Below are positions 30,176-36,909 of a stretch of DNA of 64,000 nt, piece after piece; within the stretch, counting starts at the first letter, position 1; every line of letters starts with the position of its first letter. The stretch comes from Alphaproteobacteria bacterium. Its GTDB lineage: Bacteria > Pseudomonadota > Alphaproteobacteria > UBA828. The position numbers and the translations under genes were made by a program. The stretch spans positions 3,296,971-3,360,970 of the forward strand of contig OZ253557.1 of assembly GCA_965262755.1 (NCBI GenBank). Direction: 5' to 3'. The notes below the pieces were generated by a model. That model was not told the DNA's origin and searched no databases. It worked only from the letters and a program-made list of their open reading frames with translations.

Positions 30176-31065
30176 ATGGCCTCATCGCCGACGAGGTCTG
30201 CCCGCGCGTCCGCACCGGGTACAAATTCACCTACACGACGCTCACCGAAGAAGACCTGCTCACCATCCCGGACGTGCGCGCGAGCCGTGCCGGGCGCCTC
30301 AACCAGGTCGAATTCGGCGCCACGGACACCACCGCGAGCGTCGTCGACTACGGCCTCGAGGACCCCGTCCCCTCGCGCGACATCGAGGAGGCGCGGGCGC
30401 AGGAGGTCGCGTACGACCCGCTGGAACAGGCCGCGATCTCCACCGCGGAGCTGGTGAAGCTCGCGCGTGAGCGGCGCGTCGCCGACTTGGTGACGACTGC
30501 GTCCAACTATGCGGCCGGTCACTCCGCCACGCTCAACGGCAATTCGCAGTGGAACCACGCCAGCTCAAACCCGCGCAAGGCGATCCTGGAGGCCCTCGAC
30601 GTGCCGCTGGTGCGCCCCAACACGCTGGTGTTCGGTCAAAAGGTGTGGACCGCGCTCCGCCAGCATCCGAAGATCGTGGAGGCGGTGGCTGCCACCGGTG
30701 CCGGCGATCAGGCCTCCGGAATCGTGATGAAGGAGGCGGTGGCCGAACTCTTCGAGGTCGACAGCGTCCTGGTGGGCATGGCCTGGTACCAGTCGGCCAA
30801 GCGCGGCCAAGCCGACACCTTCGCCCGCCTCTGGGGCAAGCACGCATGCGCCATCCACGTGCGGCGCGACATGGCGTCTGCCCGCGATCGCCTGCCCAAG
30901 TTCTGCTGGACCGCCGACGCTCTCGGCGGACTGCAGGTCGGCACCTATGAGGAGCCGGCGCGCGGCGTCAATCGGGGCTCGACAGTTGTCAAGGTCAGCG
31001 AGTGCGTCAAGGAGCTGGTGGCCTACGGCCGCGCCGGCTACCTCTGGCGCGACGCGGTGGCGTAA
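30176..31065 (+). pseudogene. phage major capsid protein with an irregular 5' end
   Basis: High-GC3 capsid frame (frame 1) is readable from ~30178 (GLIADEVCPRVRTGYKFTYTTL...), but it has no ATG/GTG/TTG before 30274. The only nearby ATG (30176) is in frame 2. The listed ORF is 30274..31065. Confidence 0.6.
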
Positions 31066-31068
31066 CCC

Positions 31069-32244
31069 ATGGCGTCGAGATTTACCGCGCGCCTACCGGC
31101 GCGACCTTCCGACCCCCTGTGCGGGCTCGGCTATTCGCCGGCGGACCCGCGCCAGAGCGCGGCCGAGGGCGAGGTCTGCCGGCACGCCGAGCGCTTGCTG
31201 AACATGGTCCACGCGTACTGCGAGATCCGGGATTCGTGGACTAGATGGCTGCGCGGCTCCGCCATGAGCCGCACCCTCCACGAGCGGATCGTGCCCGAGA
31301 TGCGCGCGCTCCGCGATGTGGAGCGGCGGATCGTGGACCAACCCTCCGTGACCCTGCTCGCCGTGCTCGACTACGCCGCCCTCGCGCGGCAGGCGGTGCC
31401 GGCGTACACACCTCTCGCCACGATCGATCATCCGCAGCCGCCCGTGCCGGACACGGTGCGCGAGGCGTGCGAGCGGATGATCGCCGAGGCCGAGAAGGCG
31501 GCCCTGGCCGCCCGCCGCGCCGGCGCCCGGGAGTATGCCGCGCGCATGGCCTACGCGATCGAGCGCGAGCGCGAGGAGGAAGCCCGGCGGCGACGCGCCA
31601 TGAAGGAGGCGGGCGTGACTGAGACGCCCGCCGAGGCCAAAGCCGCAGCCGCCCGCGTCGACGCGCGTATCGCGGTCTATCAGCAGGAAATCCGCCGCGT
31701 CTACGAGGAGGCCGACCTCGGCCCGGACGGCAAGCCAAGGGACGAAGCGGTCGCGCCGGAAGGCGCGCGGGAGCAGGTCGCGCCGGAAGGCGCGCGGGAG
31801 CAGGTCGCGCCGGAAGGCGCGCGGGAGCAGGTCGCGCCGGAAGGCGCGCGGGAGCAGGTCGCGCCGGAAGGCGCGCGGGAGCAGGTCGCGCCAACGGCCG
31901 CCGAACGGTCGCCCGCTGCGGACGGGCTCACCATCGCCTGGCAAGTCCACGCGCGCCGGTGGGGCAGGACGATCCTGACACCGACGCCGGAGACCGCACC
32001 GCGCTTCGCAGAGCGGCTGGTGCTGATCGACCGGGGTAAGCGCGGCGGCACGCTGAGTGCCTACGGTAAGGCCGATCTGAATGACCGCCGCGAGACGATC
32101 AACGGTGTTTCCTTCCGCCTGCGCCATCGGCGCTCCATTACCGGGCGTCTCCGGCACTCTCTTACCGCGCGCCTCCGGCGCGACCGCTACGAGACGCGGC
32201 TCACGCCGGCCGAGGTTCAGGAGATGCGGGGGACGCGCGCATGA
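31069..32244 (+). CDS. hypothetical phage protein with an internal tandem repeat
   Basis: 391 aa, lying between the capsid and DUF1320 genes. It is Arg/Glu/Ala-rich and contains 5 x APEGAREQV. The true start may be an internal Met. Confidence 0.45.
   Translation: MASRFTARLPARPSDPLCGLGYSPADPRQSAAEGEVCRHAERLLNMVHAYCEIRDSWTRWLRGSAMSRTLHERIVPEMRALRDVERRIVDQPSVTLLAVLDYAALARQAVPAYTPLATIDHPQPPVPDTVREACERMIAEAEKAALAARRAGAREYAARMAYAIEREREEEARRRRAMKEAGVTETPAEAKAAAARVDARIAVYQQEIRRVYEEADLGPDGKPRDEAVAPEGAREQVAPEGAREQVAPEGAREQVAPEGAREQVAPEGAREQVAPTAAERSPAADGLTIAWQVHARRWGRTILTPTPETAPRFAERLVLIDRGKRGGTLSAYGKADLNDRRETINGVSFRLRHRRSITGRLRHSLTARLRRDRYETRLTPAEVQEMRGTRA
31750..31893 (+). repeat. perfect 27-bp in-frame tandem repeat, 5 copies plus a partial copy
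   Basis: GTCGCGCCGGAAGGCGCGCGGGAGCAG occurs x5 at 31750, 31777, 31804, 31831 and 31858, followed by GTCGCGCCA. Confidence 0.95.
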
Positions 32245-32642
32245 CCTACGCCACCCGCGCGGACCTGGAGGCGCGCTTCGGCGCGGAGGAGGCGTTGGAC
32301 CTCGCCGGGAAGCAGGATGGGCGCATCGAATCCGTGCTTGCCGACGCGGCGGCCGAGATCGACGCGGCGCTCGCCGCCGCTTTTCGCCTGCCGCTGGCCG
32401 GTGGCTCTTGGCCGCGTCTCGTGGGGATCGCCTGCGACCTGGCGCGGCGCGCGCTCTACGACGACGTGTCGCCGGCGGAAGTGACCGCGCGGGCCGAGCG
32501 GGCACAGGCGGCGCTCGCCCGCCTCACCGCCGGGGACGAAGCGCTCCTCGATGACTCCGGTCAGCCGGCACCCCGGCGCGACAGAGCAGCGCATCGCGGC
32601 TCAACGCCCTCGCTCACGCCCGACAGCCTGGCGGGGTTGTGA
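32241..32642 (+). CDS. DUF1320 / Mu gp36-like head-tail connector protein
   Basis: 133 aa. Starts MTYATRADLEARFG and contains IDAAL...FRLPL, as in Mu gp36-like proteins. Its start overlaps the upstream stop. Confidence 0.7.
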   Translation: MTYATRADLEARFGAEEALDLAGKQDGRIESVLADAAAEIDAALAAAFRLPLAGGSWPRLVGIACDLARRALYDDVSPAEVTARAERAQAALARLTAGDEALLDDSGQPAPRRDRAAHRGSTPSLTPDSLAGL

Positions 32643-33091
32643 TGGTAGCCCAGCGCAACACGGTCGAGATCGAAAGCGCAGCGCTCGGCACAGAGCTCGC
32701 GCGCGTGGCGGGTGTGCTGTCGCACCCCGAGGGCATCATGGACCGCATCGGTCGCTATCTCGTCGCATCCACACTGCGGCGTTTCGAGAGCGAACGCGCG
32801 CCGGACGGCACGCCTTGGCTGAAGAGTGCGCGCACGGTTGCCGAGGGCGGCCAGACTCTCACGGATACCGGCCGGCTGCGTGGCTCGATCGCGCACATGG
32901 TCACCGACGGTGGGCGCGCGGTCGAGGTCGGATCGAACGTCGTCTACGCCGCCATCCACCAATTCGGCGGTCTCGCCGGCAAGGGGCGACGGGCGAGGAT
33001 CCCGGCGCGTCCCTATCTCGGCATCGATGAACGCGACCGCGATGCGATCGCGCGCATCGTCTCGCGTCTGCTCGAAAGGGCAGGGCCATGA
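32639..33091 (+). CDS. phage virion morphogenesis (tail completion, gpS/gpG-like) protein
   Basis: 150 aa. Contains RFESERAPDGTPW, VGSNVVYAAIHQFGG and IPARPYLG. Confidence 0.75.
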   Translation: MMVAQRNTVEIESAALGTELARVAGVLSHPEGIMDRIGRYLVASTLRRFESERAPDGTPWLKSARTVAEGGQTLTDTGRLRGSIAHMVTDGGRAVEVGSNVVYAAIHQFGGLAGKGRRARIPARPYLGIDERDRDAIARIVSRLLERAGP

Positions 33092-33564
33092 CTCTCGTGG
33101 CGCTGGAGATGCACGTCGCCGATGCCATGGCAGAGCGGCTCGCGGCGCTCACGGCGGACGGTGGCGACCCTGTCTTCGCCGCCGTGCTGAGCGCCCTCGA
33201 TACGGCGGCGCTGACAGCCTGGCCCAAGACGCCGGCAGCACTGGTGCTGCCGATCTCCGACGAAGCGGAGGAGAGCACGACGCGCCGGGTCGAGAACGCG
33301 CCCGTTCAGCACTTGGTGCGCGTCGGCGTCTCAGTGATGGTCGCGGCGCCCAACGACCGCGGCGGTGCGCGCGGGCGGGAGCGGCTCTCCGCCTTGCTCG
33401 CCCGCGCCAGGCAAGCGCTCGCCGGCTGGACGCCGCCGGGGCAGCGCGAGGTGCTGTCCTTCCGCCGCGGGCGGCTCGTCTCGCTGGAGGACGGGCGGAT
33501 GCAATGGCTCGACGAGTACGAAATCCGCCGCGTCGCCCGCGCCGGCGTCGTGGAGACGGAATAG
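33088..33564 (+). CDS. phage tail terminator / Mu gp37-like protein (tentative)
   Basis: 158 aa. Assigned by its position between the morphogenesis and tail tube genes. The family assignment is weak. Confidence 0.45.
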   Translation: MTLVALEMHVADAMAERLAALTADGGDPVFAAVLSALDTAALTAWPKTPAALVLPISDEAEESTTRRVENAPVQHLVRVGVSVMVAAPNDRGGARGRERLSALLARARQALAGWTPPGQREVLSFRRGRLVSLEDGRMQWLDEYEIRRVARAGVVETE

Positions 33565-33576
33565 GGAGGCACCAAG

Positions 33577-34467
33577 ATGACCGCGCGAAACATCGACAAG
33601 CGCTCCGACAACATCGTGATCGGCGCCGGCGAGGTCTATCTCGACCTCCACGAAGGCGGGGCGTCCACGGGCGAGCGCTACCTCGGCGACGCCGTGGGGG
33701 CTGCCCTGGAGATCACGACCGAAGAGACCACCGTCTTCTCGGGCTCGGGCCCCGTTGCACGCGAGCTTGCGCGCATTGCCCGCAGCGTGACGCGCACCGT
33801 AACGCTCACGCTCCACGACCTCAGCCTGGAGAACCTGGCGCTCTTTGCGGTGGGCGAAATGAGAAGGCTCAACGCGGCCGCACCGGTCTCTGGCGAGCCT
33901 GCCGTCCTGAGGCCCGGCCGCTGGCACCAGCTTGGCGGCGCCGACCGTCCTGCAGGCGTCCTCGGGTTGCCGTCACCGGCCGACAAGGCGGCCGCGATCG
34001 CTGCCGTGACTGTCTCCACCACGGCGCAGACGTCTGTGACGGCGACGCAAGCGATCGCCGCCGAGCAATTTGCGGCCGGCGCCGGCGAGACCGAGCAGAA
34101 GGGGCAATACATCGTCGACTACGATCGCGCCCGCATCTATTGGCTGCCGCCCGATCACCCACTCTACGCGGCGAAGGCCGGCGTCGTGGACGGCACCGAC
34201 GTCGCACTCGATTACACGCCTGATGATGGAGCGCGCGACCAGGTGCAGGGTGCGCTGCGGCAGGTGATCGGCGGCTTTCGCTACATCGAGGATGCGGCCG
34301 AGGGCCGGGGGCGAAACATCTACGCACCGCGTTGTTCGATCCAACCGGCCGGCGGGCTGACCCTGCTCGACGGTCGCTCGTCCGAGCAGCAGATCCGGCT
34401 CGCCGTCTCGATGCTGGAGCCGGGTGGCGGCCGGCCCGCACTCTACATCGACGGGCAGGCCGCCTGA
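33577..34467 (+). CDS. major tail (tube) protein (tentative)
   Basis: 296 aa. Assigned by its position immediately upstream of the chaperone and tape measure genes. No sheath gene is present, so the tail is non-contractile. Confidence 0.55.
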   Translation: MTARNIDKRSDNIVIGAGEVYLDLHEGGASTGERYLGDAVGAALEITTEETTVFSGSGPVARELARIARSVTRTVTLTLHDLSLENLALFAVGEMRRLNAAAPVSGEPAVLRPGRWHQLGGADRPAGVLGLPSPADKAAAIAAVTVSTTAQTSVTATQAIAAEQFAAGAGETEQKGQYIVDYDRARIYWLPPDHPLYAAKAGVVDGTDVALDYTPDDGARDQVQGALRQVIGGFRYIEDAAEGRGRNIYAPRCSIQPAGGLTLLDGRSSEQQIRLAVSMLEPGGGRPALYIDGQAA

Positions 34468-35052
34468 TGGATGGGCTCCACGAACTCTCGGTCCTGTTCC
34501 CGGACTGCGACGTGACGGTGCGCGACCCCGACACCCGCGAGCCGGTCACGCTCACCGTGCGGGAGTTCCGCTTCCGCGAAGGGCTGGAGACGACGGCGCT
34601 GGCCCGGCCGTTGCTCGAGGCCCTCGCGGAATTGGTGCCGGCCGGTAAAGGCGACACGGACGCTGAGGTCGCGCGGGACGCGCGCGAAAAAGAGGCAGAG
34701 GGGCCGGACGCGCTGGCGATCGAAGGCGCGCTCGCTGCCCATGCGGCGCTCTGGCTGGAGCTGGCCGCCCGCGCCTCTGGCCGGGACGCGGCCTGGCTTG
34801 CCCGCTTGAGCGATGCGGACGGGCGCGCACTCTCGGATGCGATGTGGGCGGCGAACGGCGGCTTTTTTTGCGCCGCGTCATGGCCCAGGTGGCGACGCGG
34901 GCGAAGGGCGAGAAGGCGAGCCCGTTGCGCTCTACCGGGTGCTCGACACCCTCGTCCGCGCCGGCCACGGACGCGGCCACCTCGACCTCAGCGAGCGCCT
35001 GACATGGCGGCAGATCGTCCTCTTCTACCGCGCGGCGACCGAACAAGTCTGA
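34467..35052 (+). CDS. tail assembly chaperone (G/GT-like); needs a frame change at a T7 run
   Basis: ATGA overlap with the tube gene stop. The zero frame loses its GC3 bias right after the T7 run at 34863-34869. Coding-like sequence continues in the other two frames, ending at 35010 or 35052, just before the tape measure gene. Confidence 0.5.
34863..34869 (+). promoter_or_regulatory. T7 homopolymer: candidate slippery site (or a frameshift lesion)
   Basis: The context is GGC TTT TTT TGC, at the canonical position between the G-like and T-like parts of tail chaperones. Confidence 0.45.
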
Positions 35053-35064
35053 GGGAGATGAGCG

Positions 35065-35856
35065 ATGCCCGCTGATCTCGAACTCGCGCTCCGCGTTCGT
35101 GCGGACATGCGCGAGGCGATCAAAGGAATCGGGGCTCTGAATCGTTCCCTCGGCGATTCCGCGCGGCGGGGTGACGAGGCCGGCGCGGCGCTGACGGGCG
35201 CGACCGGCGCGGCTCAGGCGCTCACGACGGCGCTCGGCGCCCTCGGTCGGGAGAGCGGGAGCACCCTCGACCAGGCCAGGGACGCGGCCGAGAGTGTCTT
35301 CGGTGCCATGGAGTCGGCGCTCGCCCGTTTCGTGACCACGGGCAGGGTTTCGTTCTCGGGCTTCGTCGATTCCGTGATCGCCGATCTCGCCCGGCTGGCA
35401 ACGCGGCGCTATATCACCCAACCGCTCGCCGATCTGCTGTTCGGCGCACTCGGCGGCGGGGCGACCCCCGGCTCGGCCGCGTTCGGCCGCTTGCAAGCCG
35501 GCGTCGGTCACGCCGGCGCCGTCGCGGGCCAGCCCGGCGGCGTGAGGCGCGCGGTGCCGCCGGCCGTCTTCGCGCTGGCGCCACGCTTCCACTCTGGCGG
35601 TATTGCCGGCCTCCGGCCGGACGAAGTGCCGATCATCGCACAACGTGGCGAAACCATCCTGCCGCGCGACGTGACTGTCGATCCGCCTTCCGTCGAGATC
35701 AACTTCGACAATCGCGGCACGCCGCAGCGCGAGGTGAGCCGCGAGGTGCGCCTCGATCCGCGCGGCCTGGTCGTCTCGATCGTCACCGACGATATCCGGC
35801 GCGGCGGGCCGATCCGCCAGACCATGCAACGCGAGCTCGGCGGAGGACTCCCATGA
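35065..35856 (+). CDS. tail tape measure protein, unusually short
   Basis: 263 aa. It has an Ala-rich helical N-terminal part. The C-terminal FHSGGIAG...EVPIIAQRGETILP motif is typical of lambda-family tape measure proteins. Confidence 0.65.
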   Translation: MPADLELALRVRADMREAIKGIGALNRSLGDSARRGDEAGAALTGATGAAQALTTALGALGRESGSTLDQARDAAESVFGAMESALARFVTTGRVSFSGFVDSVIADLARLATRRYITQPLADLLFGALGGGATPGSAAFGRLQAGVGHAGAVAGQPGGVRRAVPPAVFALAPRFHSGGIAGLRPDEVPIIAQRGETILPRDVTVDPPSVEINFDNRGTPQREVSREVRLDPRGLVVSIVTDDIRRGGPIRQTMQRELGGGLP

Positions 35857-35863
35857 CGCGGGT

Positions 35864-35989
35864 AAAGGGCCGGGCCGCGCAGCGGCCCGGAGCGCGCGAC
35901 CGCGCGTCGCACGGCCACGTGCGCGGACGCACGATGCGCCGAACGGCGCGTAGCCAAGCGAGCGGAGCGAGCGCCCGGCGACTGAGGGA
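35864..35989 (+). repeat. structured GC-rich intergenic repeat, copy B (longest)
   Basis: The hairpin CCGGGCCGC-GCA-GCGGCCCGG is followed by ~35 extra nt and the invariant tail ending ACTGAGGGA, 9 nt before the GTG at 35999. Confidence 0.8.
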
Positions 35990-35998
35990 AAAGAATAA

Positions 35999-36373
35999 GT
36001 GAGTGCCGCCGGCCTTGTCTGGCCCGCTTACGCGGCGGTCGAGGCGGACGGCTACGGCGTCACCGACGATAACGACGTGGACCGCACGCCCTTCGACGAC
36101 GGGCTGATCCGCCAGGAACGCCGCTACGCGAGTGCGCTCACCGCACTCTCGATCACGGCCCTGCTCGCGAGCGACGCGGACTATGCGCGCTTCCGCGCGT
36201 GGGCCGGCGGGTGCGCGCACCGCTGGTTTGCCTGGACCGCGCCGGAAAGCGGCAGCGTGCACCAGGTCCGCGTGCGCGGCGGCGCCGGCGGCATCGAATA
36301 CACCGCGCGCATCGGCGGCGACGGCCGGCGGCGGTGGGAAGCGGCCCTCACTCTCGAAGGTGTTGGGTTGTGA
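35999..36373 (+). CDS. lambda gpM-like minor tail (distal tail) protein
   Basis: 124 aa. The pattern DGYG...RQERRY...WFAWTAPESG...VRV is colinear with lambda gpM (FGDGYSQR...FLWTPP...). GTG start. Confidence 0.55.
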   Translation: MSAAGLVWPAYAAVEADGYGVTDDNDVDRTPFDDGLIRQERRYASALTALSITALLASDADYARFRAWAGGCAHRWFAWTAPESGSVHQVRVRGGAGGIEYTARIGGDGRRRWEAALTLEGVGL

Positions 36374-36378
36374 AAGGA

Positions 36379-36467
36379 GGACCGGGCCGCAGGCCCGGAC
36401 GGCGCGACCGCGCCGCGCGCGAAGCGCGTAGCCAAGCGAGCGGAGCGAGCGCCCGGCGACTGAGGGA
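36379..36467 (+). repeat. structured GC-rich intergenic repeat, copy C
   Basis: Contains the hairpins CCGGGCC-GCA-GGCCCGG, GGCGC-GACC-GCGCC and CGCGC-GAA-GCGCG, followed by the invariant tail. An AAGGAG RBS follows. Confidence 0.8.
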
Positions 36468-36487
36468 ACACTGAAAGGAGACACACC

Positions 36488-36880
36488 ATGCCGATTGCAG
36501 CGGCGGAACAGAACCGGGCGGTGCTCGCCATCGCCGACGCCGGCGCCGATCATCTGGCGCTCGCCAGCGCCGACCCGACGGCAGCGGGCAGCAATCTCAT
36601 CGCGGCCGCAGGGCGGGCGGAGATCGACCTCGGCCGCGAGGCCGGCGATCCGGCAGGCGAGGCGAAGAACCTCGCGGCCGTGGACTTCGCGCCCACGGCG
36701 CTGGTCGAGAACGCCACCCACTTCGCCATTATGACAGCCGCCGCCGGCGGCAACGTCCGCGCCTGGGGCCGGCTTGTGGACGATCAGGGCCAGGCCGCCA
36801 CGGTCTCGCAACAATCGACGGACGATATCCTGCGGGTGCCGGCCGGCGCCGTCGTTGTGCGTATCCCGGCCGGCACCTGA
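36488..36880 (+). CDS. hypothetical Ala/Gly-rich phage protein
   Basis: 130 aa with a good RBS. It sits between the gpM-like and gpL-like genes. No domain recognised. Confidence 0.4.
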   Translation: MPIAAAEQNRAVLAIADAGADHLALASADPTAAGSNLIAAAGRAEIDLGREAGDPAGEAKNLAAVDFAPTALVENATHFAIMTAAAGGNVRAWGRLVDDQGQAATVSQQSTDDILRVPAGAVVVRIPAGT

Positions 36881-36909
36881 ACCAGGCCGGCGGCGCCGGG
36901 AGACGATAG

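Noticed and set aside
31750-31893. The 27-bp repeat arrays as a CRISPR array.
   Set aside because: The units are directly abutting with no spacers. They are in frame inside ORFs and no cas genes are present. No other CRISPR-like array was seen in the window.
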